A DNA stretch of 64,000 nt from Alphaproteobacteria bacterium (GCA_965243135.1 OZ251539.1:2752001-2816000), one strand, 5' to 3'; counted from the stretch's first letter, positions 1 through 11,484 are shown. Notes: a model not told the origin generated them from the letters alone. Numbers and translations: made by a program.

Positions 1-497
1 AAATCCGCGAACGAACTGCCGAGGAGTTCATCGAGCCCGGCGACTGCGAGGCCGGCGCACCGGTCCGCGACCGGCGTTCGCGGCGCGTGCCTGCGCCCGA
101 GATTCCGCCGATGGACGAGCGGGGTCGGCGACGCGGCCTTCGTCAAGAAGGCGGAGCGGCGGCTGGAGGAGGGGCGGGCGGGGCTCCTCGCGCCGGCTTC
201 GCGCAACGCCGCCTCGCTTGAGCGGACCCGCGCAACGGGTATACTCTTGGCGGGCGGACGGGCGCGGGCGTTCGGACCTGAGGCGCCGCGGGACATCGGG
301 GTTGCTTCAGTCCCAAAGTTCCGGCATTTCTTCGAAGCCGTTCGTTTGCGTCTATGTCGAGACAGTCCATGCCTTTTGGAGAATCCAGGAAAGCGGCCGC
401 CGCGTGCGCGGGCCTGCGCAAGGGCGGTCCGCGCGCCAAAGGGCCAATCTTCCCGTCAAGGGCAGGAAACTCACCGTCCTGCGGACGAGCCTGAAAG

Positions 498-1517
498 ATG
501 AAGGTTTTGGTGACCGGCGCCGGCGGATACATCGGCACCACCCTTGTTCCCCGCTTGATCGCGGCAGACCACGACGTCAAGGCCGTGGACAGGTTCTTCT
601 TCGGGCGGCATCTCCTGCCGGAGGCGGAACGGCTTGAAATCCTGGCCGAAGACAACCGCAAGCTGACCCGCGAGCATTTCGAGGGCGTCGACGCGGTGAT
701 CGACCTCGCCGCCATCTCCAACGACCCGTCGGGCGAGTTGTTTCAGGAGGCGACCTGGGAGATCAACCGGGATTCGCGGGTGCGAAACGCCCGCATGGCC
801 AAGGAAGCGGGCGCGCGCCGATACATTTTGCCGTCGTCGTGCAGCATCTACGGTTTTCAGGAAGAGGGCGTCGTCGCCGACGAAACCAGCGGCACGAATC
901 CGCTTACCGTATACGCCCGCGCCAACGAAATGGCGGAAAAGGGCGTGTTGCCGCTTGCCGACGAAGACTTTTGCGTGGTCGTGCTGCGTCAAGCGACGGT
1001 CTACGGCCTTTCGCCGCGCATGCGGTTCGACCTCGCCATCAACGGCATGACCTTCGGCGCCTGGAAGACGGGCCGGTTGCCGCTCATGCGCGACGGCGCG
1101 CAATGGCGGCCCATGGTCCACGTGCGCGATACGGCTCGCGCGCAGACGTTCATGCTCGAAGCCGACCCCGAGAAGGTGAACGGCCGGATTTTCAACGTCG
1201 GTTCCGCCGCCAACGTCTACCAGATCGGTCCGCTCGGCGAGCTGGTCGCCCGGCGCGTCCCAAGGAAAGTGGAGATCGAATGGTACGGCGACCCCGACCG
1301 GCGAAGCTACAGGGTCGCGTTCGATCGGATCGAAGCGCTCGGCTGGCGCGCCGAAGCGACCGCCGAGGACGGCGTCGCCGAGATCTGCGAGGCGCTGGAG
1401 GCGGGAACCGTCGACAAGACCGTGCAGACCGTGACTCTCGACTGGTACAAGGAGCTGGCGCGCTGGCATCGAGTCATCCGCGAGGTCGAGATGTACGGAG
1501 GCATCGTCGAGATATGA
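498..1517 (+). CDS. NAD-dependent epimerase/dehydratase (extended SDR)
   Basis: 339-aa ORF with VLVTGAGGYIG Rossmann motif, DLAAIS, YARAN (YxxxK-like) and RQATVYG..PRMRFDL. Confidence 0.9.
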   Translation: MKVLVTGAGGYIGTTLVPRLIAADHDVKAVDRFFFGRHLLPEAERLEILAEDNRKLTREHFEGVDAVIDLAAISNDPSGELFQEATWEINRDSRVRNARMAKEAGARRYILPSSCSIYGFQEEGVVADETSGTNPLTVYARANEMAEKGVLPLADEDFCVVVLRQATVYGLSPRMRFDLAINGMTFGAWKTGRLPLMRDGAQWRPMVHVRDTARAQTFMLEADPEKVNGRIFNVGSAANVYQIGPLGELVARRVPRKVEIEWYGDPDRRSYRVAFDRIEALGWRAEATAEDGVAEICEALEAGTVDKTVQTVTLDWYKELARWHRVIREVEMYGGIVEI

Positions 1518-2431
1518 AGGCGCTGCTGCTGGGGCCGAACGGGCAGTTCGGGCACGACATCCGGCGCGCTCACATGGAGGCCGGAGAGCCGTTCGAGCTC
1601 GCTCCGCTGGCGCGGGACCGACTCGACGCGTCGTCGCCGCGGGCGGTGGAACGCGCGCTCGGCGAGCTCGAGTTCGACGCTCTCGTCAATTGCACCGGAT
1701 ATCACAAGACGGACGAGGTCGAGGACAACGCCAACCTGGGCTTCAGCGTCAACGCGCATGCGGTGCATGCGATGGCGCGGGCGTGCGCCGCCGAGCGCGC
1801 CGTGTTCGTCCACGTCAGCACCGACTACGTGTTCGGAGGCGACGCGGGCCGCGCGCGGCCGTTGCGGGAAAACGATCCGGTCGCGCCAGTCAACGTCTAC
1901 GGCGCCACCAAGGCGATGGGGGAAACTCTGGCCAGACTCGCTTGCGAGAACGCCGTCATCCTCCGCGTGGCTTCCCTGTTCGGGACGGCGGGAGCGAGCG
2001 GCAAGGGGGGGAATTTTGTCGAAACGATAATCGGCGCCGGGAAGGAGAAGGGAGCGCTGCGGGTGGTCGACGACCAGACCATGTCGCCGACCGCCACCGC
2101 GGACGCGGCGCGCGTCGTTCTGCGGATTCTCGCGAGCGGCTGCGCCCCCGGGATTTATCACTTGGTCAACGACGGCGCGGCGACCTGGTTCGAATTCGCC
2201 CGCGAAATCGTCCGCCTCGCCGGAATCGAGGCTGTCGTGACGCCCTGCGCGAGCGACGAGCGTCCTGCCCGCGCCCTGCGCCCGCGGTACAGCGCGCTCG
2301 ACAACGCCAGGATCTCGGCCGCGTTCGGCAGCCTGCCGCCATGGCAAGAAGCGCTCGAGCGCTATTTGATCGCCAAGGGACACCGCACGCCGACGGCGGG
2401 CGGAGCGGTCCCCGGAGGGGCGCCGCGATGA
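1514..2431 (+). CDS. rfbD: dTDP-4-dehydrorhamnose reductase
   Basis: MKALLLGPNGQFG, HVSTDYVF, PVNVYGATK, VVDDQ..SPT and RPRYSALD motifs; ATGA overlap with the upstream gene. Confidence 0.9.
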   Translation: MKALLLGPNGQFGHDIRRAHMEAGEPFELAPLARDRLDASSPRAVERALGELEFDALVNCTGYHKTDEVEDNANLGFSVNAHAVHAMARACAAERAVFVHVSTDYVFGGDAGRARPLRENDPVAPVNVYGATKAMGETLARLACENAVILRVASLFGTAGASGKGGNFVETIIGAGKEKGALRVVDDQTMSPTATADAARVVLRILASGCAPGIYHLVNDGAATWFEFAREIVRLAGIEAVVTPCASDERPARALRPRYSALDNARISAAFGSLPPWQEALERYLIAKGHRTPTAGGAVPGGAPR

Positions 2432-2766
2432 AGGGCATCGGCCGGAGGGGAAGGAACGCGCCTGCATCCCGTGACGAGCGCGGTAAGCAAGCAGCTCCTG
2501 CCGGTCTACGACAAGCCGATGCTATCCGTTGAGCACGCTGGCGGGAATTCGGGACATTCCGGTGATCTGCGCGCCGCAGCACGGCGCGGCCTTCAAGCGG
2601 CTTCTCGGCGACGGCAGCCAGTGGGGCCTCGCGCTCCGCCATGCCGTGCAGCCGCGCCCCGAAGGGCGGGCGCAGGCCTTCCTCATCGGCAGGGACTTCC
2701 GGCGATTCCTGCGCCCTGGCCCTCGGGGACAACATCTTCTACGGGCACGGCCTGACGGAGAAATTC
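2428..2766 (+). pseudogene. rfbA: Glucose-1-phosphate thymidylyltransferase, frameshifted and 3'-truncated
   Basis: [35 protein letters not shown] and [10 protein letters not shown] occur across several frames; the gene stops at a transposase remnant. Confidence 0.88.
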
Positions 2767-4700
2767 AGAACTCCTGACATCGTTAGATTTCAACTGGACA
2801 GTTCCTCGAAGACCAAGCGCATATCCGTTCCGGGATAGACGTGACGTTGCCGTACGGTCGTTTCGCAGAGTTCCCGAAGCGCCTTGTTGAAGCGGGGCTG
2901 CGACATGGAATGGAAGCGCACGGTGAGGGTTTCGCCGTCCGGTGTCGGCAGGGGTTCGGAACAGGGTCTGGAGGAAAGCGCGGCCTTCGTCTTCGTTGCG
3001 GTTCAGCGCAGGGAGGGCGAACATCGCGCTTTCGGCTCGGTAGGCGGCCATTCTGACGAGGTCGGTGAAGATCTTGCGCTCGGGTTCGAGCCTGACGATC
3101 TCCTCCTCGTCCATCGGTTCCTTGACCGGCACCCTCTCCGGCAAGGTTTTCAAGCGCTCCTCGCATTCTCCGATCTCCGCTTCGAGCTCCCTGCTCTTCC
3201 GGCCTTTCCGTTCGTTCTTCCATTGCTGCCTACGCCCCACTTTCCCTTCCAGCCGTCTCCTTCCGGCACTCCGCGTACAGCGGGTTCGGGGTCATCCGCT
3301 CGGCCGCTTCGACGTTGTAGGTGCAAGGATGATCGAGCGCGTACTCGTGGCGCACGAAAGAAGTTCTCCTGGTTCCAGCGCGCGAACATCCGGGAGGCGA
3401 CTTCGACCATCGGCAGATCCCGGCGCGTGGTCACGGTCTGGTGGCCGTTGACGCACAGCCGCCACACCTCGCGCAACCTGTTCTTGCCGATGCGCGTCTC
3501 GCGCTCGGACAGAAGATAGACTGCGTCGGACGAAGGGGCCTCGACCTCGACGAAGTCTTCCTCCGGCCACGGAGCGTAACGACCTTAAGTCATAACGTCG
3601 AACCCTTCCGACGCCCAGCGCTCGAACGTCTCCGGGCTCCACCCGCCGCGGTCGAACGCGACGGTCACGCGTTCCGCAACGAGCTCCCGCACATGCGGCA
3701 AGATGTCGTTGTCCATTGCCGCCAGCAGGTTGTCGTTGGCTTCCGCGGTCACGAAGAACAACGGCTGCGCCCGCGCATCGTTGACCCCGATCGTCGCCGG
3801 CATGCACAGGCGTCGCCGCGGCACGAAGGTCTTGGGAAGTCGGTGCTTGCGCCCATGGTAGGGACGGACATGCCCGTCGACGTACAGGTAGCCCAATGCT
3901 TCGGCTTCCGTCCAGCGCCGTGTGAACCTGTCGGCCAGACGGTCCGCAAGTCCGCGTTCGGCCCTTCAACTTGCGACGCAGCGTCTTCATCTCGGGCGCC
4001 CGGTCGAGATCCAGCAGCAGGCCGGGTTCGCCCGGCGCGTGTCTTTTGAGTTGCTCGGGACTCTTGATCCGCAGCAACGCCATGAACGCCAGCGTCAACA
4101 ACACGCTATGCAGCCCGAAAAAGCCTTTCCGGAGCCGGCCGTAAACCTCTTCCGTCACGAGCCCTTCTTGCATGAGCGCCGGCAGCGCCAGAAGCACGCC
4201 GGCGCAGGGGACCGCCTCCGCCGCCTCGAACCGCACCGGCGCTTCTTCGAGCTCGCCGACAGCGGCCAGCGCCCGCGACCCTCTTGACGGCAATCCCGCC
4301 GGAGCACTGTCCGTCGGCCGCCGAGCGCGTCGAAGGCTGCGAACCCCGCGGCTCCTCGTCGATCCGCGCGAGAGCGCCGCGTTGTACGGCTTATCGCCGC
4401 GCCTGAAACGCCCGCTTCCTTTGCCCCCGCATTTTGCGAACGCCCCTTGTCGAGCGTCTGCTGCGCCCGCTCCAAGGTGTCGCCCGTCAGCTTGTGTGCA
4501 GCCCGAGGCCCGCGCTTCTTGCGGAAGGCCGCCAGGTCGCCGGAACGATACAGGTCCCGGTTGCTGCGTCGTCCGGGACATCCCGAAAGCGCGCGCCAAC
4601 GCCGATACCTTCGCCAACCCAAGATCGCTCAGCACTCCCTGGGCGAGGCGCCGCCCAAGGCGTCGGGTCGGTACGAATCGCGCAGCGTTGTGTTATTCCG
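2765..4700 (-). mobile_element. Degraded IS with frameshifted transposase (family unassigned)
   Basis: Fragments YLYVDGHVRPYHG, VAFDRGGWS, MFARWNQENFF and RMAAYRAES in several frames are DDE-like; N-terminal HTH-like segment. Confidence 0.65.
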
Positions 4701-4885
4701 TCGAAACCAGCCCCAAAAAAACTACCCAAAACACGGAGAAATTCCACGACGCGATAGGATCCGCACTTTCCGCGACCCCTTACGAGCTCGACTGAGCGCC
4801 GCCCACACCGTAAATGTAGTGCCTAGCCACGAAGGTGAATCCTTAAAATTCAGATGTTTATAGCCGAGGACCGTCGAAGTCAGGG

Positions 4886-6039
4886 GCAAAATCCTCCGCA
4901 TCGCCACCGCCCTCGGCGCCGGCACGGTCACCGTCGGGCTCGTCGCCATCCTGGTCAAGCTCCTGTAACGAGAGGCGTTTGCGCCGCAGCAACCCCGCCA
5001 GGGCGACAGGCCCTTTGCGGGAGCCGTCGTTGCCGACGGACGAATCGCCGCGGCGCGCGTCTCCCTCCCGGGCGCCGGACTTTTGCGGACCGCCCTTCGC
5101 CCGGCGGTTCGTCGGCAAGGCGGCGTCGAGGCGGCCGCGGCGAGAGCGGCTTGCGGTTCCGTAATTTTCCGGGCGGAGTCCTGCGAGCGCCGCGACGGCG
5201 AGGCCGCGCAGATTCTCGACTTCCGCGAGGCCCGTCTTGCGGACGTCGGCCATCTTCGGAAAGCGCGGGCGGACCGTCCCGTTGGCGCGCTCGTTCAGCC
5301 CGCGTCGTCGGCGCGGGCGAGCGAAGAAAAACGACGCAGCTTCCGCGACCTTCTTGCGGGTCGCGAACTCCTTGCCGCCCGCGTGCGCGAACACCTCGAC
5401 CGGACGCGCGCCCGTTTCCTCGGTCGGCCGACCGCCAGGCGCGGCCAGCGACGCAAACCTGGAGGCACGATCCGCAGGCGGCAGCGCGGCGCGGCCGTGT
5501 CGCCATCCGGGGCTTCCCGGCCCTCGGACGCATGTCCACCCGACGCGGGCGCGGCGCTTCCCGCCGCTTCGCCAGGAGCGCCGCCGACTTCTTGTCGTCC
5601 TCCGCGCGCCGGCAGGTCCGTTGACCGCGAATCCGCCGCGCGGAAGACCTGCCGAGATTCTCGATATAGCTCGCCGTCACTGGGAAAACCGGCACGTTCG
5701 CGACATGACTTACGACGAGGATCGCCGCCGTAACCACGTCGGCGGCAGTGCCCGTACACTCGCTCGCAACGCCTCCATCGTTCGGTTGCGCGGACGTTTC
5801 GACTCCGCAGGCTCACCGGCACTACGACCCGCGCCAGGGCCGTTCGAGAGCTGACCACGGAGATCTTCTGACGCCCGACGGCGGCCTCGCCTCTCGCACC
5901 GCCGCCTGCCGCCACCCCTGCCGTCTCGCCGGTCTCGCACCACCGCCTCGCGCCGCCATCGTCTCGCCGATCTCGCGCCGCTGACGCCTCCTCGCGGGCA
6001 GCGCTTGGCAATGACCGCGCCATTCTTGAATTCGCCCTG
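4886..6039 (+). repeat. 1.15-kb repeat, copy 1: DUF1640 3' end, IS30 transposase remnant and ISAs1 remnant with right end
   Basis: Near-identical to 25125..26239. The minus strand reads GKEFA..FFARP..RGLNERANG (IS30-like); the plus strand reads [15 protein letters not shown] (ISAs1-like); ends CTTGAATTCGCCCTG. Confidence 0.85.
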
Positions 6040-6092
6040 CCTGCCGCCGCCGACTTCTTAACGGTTCCAGCGCGGCGGCCTACCCTCTTCGA

Positions 6093-7376
6093 ATGACGAA
6101 ACGCATGCTCGGCTTGACCTCCCTCCGGAAAATCCGGACGAGGGACTGCTACTACGTCGACAAGACGGACCATGCGCACCGCCTCGTCGAGAGGGGCAAG
6201 TGCTATTTCCTGTCGCGTCCGCGCCGGTTCGACAAGACCCTGCTGGTGGACACGCTGCAGGAGTTGTTCGAAGGAAGCGAGGAGCTGTTCCGGGGCCTCG
6301 CCGTGCACGGCGGGTGGGACTGGTCGATACGTCATCCTGTCGTGCGGATCAGCTTCGGCGGGGGCAATTTCGACTCCCCGGACCTCGTTCGGAGCAACGT
6401 GGAAGATCAGTTGGAGGAAACGGAGCGGCTGGCCGGCCTCGAACCGGGTCCCGCCGGGGCGGCGGTCCGTTTCCGGCGCCTGCGCTGCACGACCGCGCCG
6501 GGCAGCGGGCGGTCGTGCTGGTGGACGAACAAGCCGGTCCGCGCTCGGCGACCGGGAACTGGCGCTGGCCAACCGCGACTTCCTGCGCGGCTTCTACGCG
6601 ATGATCAAGGATTGCGACAGGCAGCTCCGTTTCGTTTTCCTGACGGGGGTGAGCAAATTCTCGAAGGTGGGCCTGTTCTCGGGCCTGAACAACCTGCGTC
6701 ACGCTGGAGCCGGAATTCTCGGACATCTGCGGCTGCACGGACGCGGAGCTGGACGCGGCCTTCGCCCCGGAACTCAAGGGCCTGGACCGGGACGAGGTCC
6801 GACGCTGGTACAACGGCTACAACTGGCGCGGGCCGGAGAGGGTCTACAATCCGTTCGGCCTGCTGCTGCTGTTTCGGCGGCGCGAGTTCCGCCCGTACTG
6901 GTTCGAGAGCGGCACGCCGACCTTCCTGGTCGAGACGCTGGCGCACCGCAACCTGCCCACTCCCCGCCTGGACGGCATGATCGGCAGCGAGAGCCTGCTC
7001 TCGGCCTTCGACGTGGACAGGGTCTCGGCCGAGGCGCTTCTGTTCCAGACCGGCTACCTCACCATCGTCGGCGAAGAAAGCAGGCGCTACAGGCTGGGCT
7101 ACCCGAACCTCAAGGTGCGCCGGAGCCTGGGCGAGGCCTTGCTGGAAGAACTGCTTCTGGACGAGGCCCGCGAGGAGACGGAGAACCTGCGGCTGGGCGA
7201 ACTGCTGGAGGCGAACGATTTCAAGCGTCTCGAAACCCTGTTCCGCGGCATTTTCGCCCCGCACCAATGGTACATGAACAGCCCGGTGTACGAAGCCCAC
7301 TACGCGAGCGTCCAGTTGCTTGGAGGGCCTCGAGCCGGTGGCCGAGGACAGCGGCAGCCGGGGGCGCGCCGACGTA
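6093..7376 (+). pseudogene. AAA-ATPase-like / PD-(D/E)XK protein, copy 1 (frameshifted, truncated)
   Basis: YYVDKT, FLSRPRRFDKTL, FLTGVSKFS and LLFQTGYLTI in shifting frames; ends at SRGRAD. Confidence 0.9.
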
Positions 7377-7396
7377 GTTACACAGCAAATAGACCG

Positions 7397-7644
7397 TCAC
7401 CCCGCGACCGAACGCTTACGCCGAAGAGGCCGACTTCAGGCGTTTCAGCTCGTTCAGCGCAGCCCCAGCGGCGCTGCGTTAACGCCGCCCTTGCCTCCCC
7501 GCGACGCGTGCGACTCGTTCCGCAGGGGGCGTTGCCGATGGCAAAGCCCCTGTCCGTCGGTCGCAAGTGCGCACCCGTGTCCGGTCCTCGGACGAAATTT
7601 TCTTCATCCCCCGGGTAGCGAACGCTTACCGATCGAACGCTTAC
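7397..7644 (+). mobile_element. Cluster of three co-oriented IS66-type ends with partial MITE body
   Basis: CGAACGCTTAC at 7409, 7619 and 7634. Confidence 0.75.
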
Positions 7645-7646
7645 GC

Positions 7647-8330
7647 TTATTGGCAGGAATCTCTCAATTTCTCATATGCGATAAATGTTTCATCAACAGC
7701 CTTTTTCAAACCGTCAATATAAGATTTAACAATAGTTGTATGCAGTAGAACTAAAGAATTCCAAGAAATGATCTTAATCTTTTCCTCTACATTCATTATA
7801 TCTGATAGATCAGTCACAATAAATCCAAAGTCTTTCTGGGATGACTTCGGTTCGCGAGTATTCGCTAACCCAGACTTCCATAAGGGTTCTGAGGGTGTTA
7901 TTGCCTTATAGGTACTATTTTCTAGCTTGGCCATCCCCACTATACCCTTAGATATATGTTCGATGAGCTCTGCTTTTGATTTTTGATCTGCAACTTTTTT
8001 TAGCACTCTATTTGTCGGAATTAAATATGCCTTTTTCCTAGTTTTTATCGCACTATAGTCTGAAAAATGCGCTGTGATTTCGCGAACAACTACCTAAAAT
8101 CATATTTTATATAGTTGCCAGTCCCGAGTATTTTTATTTTTCGAGGTTCTTCGAGGGGACCATTGAAAGAGTTTGCTGATTCCTCAGGAAAAAATCCAGT
8201 AATTTCACGAAATTTATCATTAGAATAATGTCTCCATTTTTCATTATTTTTGATACAATTTATACTCTTCGTGATCGAGTCCCAATTAAAATTGGATACC
8301 GCATGGTTTCCGTCAATTCTAGCTTGTCGC
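7647..8330 (-). pseudogene. AT-rich hypothetical gene fragment
   Basis: Sharp GC drop; ORF pieces at 7647..8006 and 8090..8350; no recognisable family. Confidence 0.45.
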
Positions 8331-8339
8331 AGCCCGGCG

Positions 8340-8585
8340 TCCGGCGTCATGCCGTCATCGTCGATGCCCGACCACCTCGAGAAGCCTCTTCAACGTCCTC
8401 ACGAGGTCGGCGTGGGCCGACGAATTCGTGGCCGTTTCGCCGGGATCTTGCGAGAGGTTGAACAGCTGCAGCGGCAAAGGTCTGGCCCGGGGCGCGTGAA
8501 GTCGCCGTGCCGTGCGGCCCCGGACATGGCGGGAAGGCTGGCCGAGAGTGGAGGCGTCGCTCGTGGCCCCGAAGAGCGGCGCGTG
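8340..8585 (-). repeat. Repeat containing a sulfatase-like C-terminal fragment, copy 1
   Basis: Similar to 57797..58045; the minus strand reads LQLFNL.QDP.ET. Confidence 0.6.
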
Positions 8586-8596
8586 GCGCGCGGCTC

Positions 8597-8815
8597 AAGT
8601 TCGTTCGCCGAAGAGGCCGACTTCAGGCGTTTCAGCTCGTTGCGTGCCGTCTCGGCGGCGCTGCGTTAACGCCGCCCTTGCCTCCGCGCGACGCGCGCGC
8701 CCCGTCCCGCCGGGGCGTTGCCGACGGCAAAGCCCCCGTCCGTCGGTCGCAAGTGCGCACCCGCGTCCGGTCCCCGGACGAAATTTTCCTCGTCCCCCGG
8801 GCAGCGAACGCTTAC
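8597..8815 (+). mobile_element. Right half of IS66-ended MITE-like element
   Basis: Shares the GAAGAGGCCGACTTCAGGCG module with the full elements; ends CGAACGCTTAC. Confidence 0.7.
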
Positions 8816-8891
8816 GACGGACAAACCCCCGCCGAGTACCGTCACTCACTGACAGCAAAGGAAACCCCACCGTCTCTGGTGAACCTAGACA
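8816..8891 (+). mobile_element. IS481/IS3-type transposase 3' remnant
   Basis: Reads GQTPAEY..ETPPS and ends GGTGAACCTAGACA. Confidence 0.4.
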
Positions 8892-8950
8892 TACTCCTTG
8901 ATCGAAGCTCTCTTCCGTCTTATGGTAATCAACCCACCGTGGAGCAAGCC

Positions 8951-9175
8951 ATGACCGCCACCACCTTCAACCCGCTCGAAGTCGCCCGCGAACTCGAAGC
9001 GGCTGGAGTCGAACGCCGTCAAGCCGAAGCTATCGCCGAAGGGATGCGCCAGGCCGCTACCGCCGACCATGATGCACTCGCGACCAAGGCCGATATCGCG
9101 ACGCTGCGATGGATGTTCGGCTTCCTGGCGGCGCTCAATCTCGCGATGGCCGCCAAGCTGTTCAGCATCGTCTAA
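8951..9175 (+). CDS. Small DUF1640/CCDC90-like coiled-coil membrane-anchored protein
   Basis: MTATTFNPLEVARELEAAGVERRQAEAI..LATKADI..LRWMFG with a C-terminal TM helix; GGAG RBS. Confidence 0.8.
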   Translation: MTATTFNPLEVARELEAAGVERRQAEAIAEGMRQAATADHDALATKADIATLRWMFGFLAALNLAMAAKLFSIV

Positions 9176-9277
9176 CCCGCATATTTCGGTGCGCCGTGGA
9201 AAGGCGCTCTCTTTCGGTGGGCGCGACGACCTTGTCGATCTGACCGTCTTCAAGGACGTCGCACTGCTTTTTTCGCT

Positions 9278-9960
9278 CGCCCCTTCAAGTTTGAAGCGCA
9301 ACGCGCGTGGTGGCTGACCGACCGTTTTCATGTTGCGGAGAGGTCAGGCGGGTGAGTTCAAAAACGGAGGCCAACGCCCGCCGTTTCCGGTTTCGCTTTC
9401 GCGAGCCGCTTCGGTTGACGGCTTCGAACGAGCCATGGTTTTCGGCGGCGGAAGTCCGCTCGCTCGACCGGACGACGCTCTCGTTCGACGGAACCGCTGC
9501 CTGACGTTCAGGCGTCTCGCCGCTTGCGGCGCATGTCGTCGCGCGCCTCCGGCGCCGAACCAGCTGCAGGTGCGAGGCCTGCCGCGACAATCGTCGTCGC
9601 GCGGCTTTCCCTGGCGAGGGCGCTTGCCGTCGCGTTGCGTCGGCCCTGGTTTCCTCGGCGAGGGCGTCGACCTTGCCGTCGAGGCTCGCGAAGCCGGCGT
9701 CGTTGTCGACGCGCGTCGCCTTTGGCGGCGGCGTCTTCCGTCGGCGTTCGCCCGCGGCATCCAGGCCGCGCGTTGAGCGCGTCGAACGCGCTCGCCTCGG
9801 CGGAGCAGGATTTCCGCGGAACGACAGCTTCGCTCGCCTCCGCGCTTTTCCCCGCCGGCGGCCCGTGCCGCCGCGGAAACTGCCGGCTGCTTGCCGCGCC
9901 AGGGGACGCGCCTGCCGCCGCCGACTTCTTGACGGCTCCGGCGCGGCGGCCTACCCTCTT
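9278..9960 (+). mobile_element. Non-coding element starting with an IS30-type left end
   Basis: CGCCCCTTCAAGTTTGAAGCGCAA..GTGGTGGCTGACCGACCGTTT matches the end upstream of the IS30 transposase at 43087; inverted copy at 18184..18864. Confidence 0.7.
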
Positions 9961-9963
9961 CGA

Positions 9964-11484
9964 ATGACGAAACGCATGCTTCCGATCGGCTTGACCTCCC
10001 TCCGGAAAATCCGGGGAGAGATGGACTGCTACTACGTCGACAAGACGGACCATGTCCGCCGCCTTGTCGAGGGTGGTCAATATTATTTCCTGTCGCGTCC
10101 GCGCCGGTTCGGCAAGACCCTGCTGGTGGACACGCTGCAGGAGCTGTTCGAAGGAAGCGAGGAGCTGTTCCGGGGCCTCGCCGTGCACGGCAAGTGGGAC
10201 TGGTCGACACGCCATCCGGTCGTGCGGATCAGCTTCGGCGGGGGCGATTTCGGCGACCTGGACGGAGTTCGGGAAGAAACGGAATCGCAGCTGAAGGCGG
10301 CGGAGAGGCGGGCCGGCATCGAGCCGGGCAGCGCCAGAGTTTCGGTCCGCTTCCGGGAACTGATCGCGGACCTGCACGAACGCACCGGGCAGCGGGCGGT
10401 GGTTCTGGTGGACGAATACGACAAGCCGATCCTGGACGCGCTCGGCGACCGGGAACTGGCGCGGGCCAACCGGGACTTCCTGCGCAGCCTGTACGGGGTT
10501 ATCAAGGACTGCGACGAACATCTCCGTTTTGTTTTCCTGACGGGGGTGAGCAAGTTATCGGGCCTGTTCTCGGGCCTGAACAACCTGAACGACATCACGC
10601 TGGACGAGCGCTACGGCGCCATCTGCGGCTGCACGGACGCGGAACTGGACGCGGTCTTCGCCCCGGAACTCAAGGGCCTGGACCGGGACGAAATCCGCCG
10701 CTGGTACAACGGCTACAACTGGCTCGGGCCGGAGAGGGTCTACAACCCGTTCGGCCTCCTGCTGCTGTTCGACAAACGCAAGTTCGGCAACTACTGGTTC
10801 CATAGCGGCACGCCGACCTTCCTGGTCGAGACGCTGGCGCGCCGCAACCTGCCCACTCCCCGCCTGGACGGAATGATCGGCAGCGAGAGCCTGCTCTCGG
10901 CCTTCGACGTGGACAGGCTCTCGGTCGAGGCGCTTCTGTTCCAGACCGGCTACCTCACCATCGCCGGCGAAGAGGGCGGGCGCTACCGGTTGGGCTACCC
11001 GAACCTCGAGGTGCGCCAGAGCCTGGGCGAGGCCTTGCTGGAAGAACTGCTCCCGGCCGAGGCCCGCGAGGAGACGGAGAACCTGCGGCTGGGCGAATTG
11101 CTGGCGGCGAACGACTTCAAGCGTCTCGAAACCCTGTTCCGCGGCATTTTCGCCGCCATCCCGCACCAGTGGTACATGAACAGCCCGGTGTACGAGGCCC
11201 ACTACGCGAGCGTCATCCACAGCTGCTTCCTGATGGAGGGCCTCGAGCCGGTGGCCGAGGACAGCGGCAGCCGGGGGCGCGCCGACATGGCGGTCCGCGC
11301 CGGCGGGCGCGTCTACCTGTTCGAGTTCAAGGTGGTGGAGCGCGGACGGGAGGGGACCGCGCTCGCGCAGCTGCGGGAGAAGGGCTACGCGGACAAGTAC
11401 CGCCGTCTCGGGCGTTCGGTCCACCTGGTGGAGTTCAGCCGCGAAGAGCGCAATGTCGTCGGCTTCGATTGCGAGGCCGCCTGA
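9964..11484 (+). CDS. AAA-ATPase-like domain plus C-terminal PD-(D/E)XK nuclease, copy 2
   Basis: Open 506-aa frame with RPRRFGKT Walker A, VLVDEYD Walker B and GRADM..YLFEFK..AL.QL nuclease motif. Confidence 0.92.
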   Translation: MTKRMLPIGLTSLRKIRGEMDCYYVDKTDHVRRLVEGGQYYFLSRPRRFGKTLLVDTLQELFEGSEELFRGLAVHGKWDWSTRHPVVRISFGGGDFGDLDGVREETESQLKAAERRAGIEPGSARVSVRFRELIADLHERTGQRAVVLVDEYDKPILDALGDRELARANRDFLRSLYGVIKDCDEHLRFVFLTGVSKLSGLFSGLNNLNDITLDERYGAICGCTDAELDAVFAPELKGLDRDEIRRWYNGYNWLGPERVYNPFGLLLLFDKRKFGNYWFHSGTPTFLVETLARRNLPTPRLDGMIGSESLLSAFDVDRLSVEALLFQTGYLTIAGEEGGRYRLGYPNLEVRQSLGEALLEELLPAEAREETENLRLGELLAANDFKRLETLFRGIFAAIPHQWYMNSPVYEAHYASVIHSCFLMEGLEPVAEDSGSRGRADMAVRAGGRVYLFEFKVVERGREGTALAQLREKGYADKYRRLGRSVHLVEFSREERNVVGFDCEAA

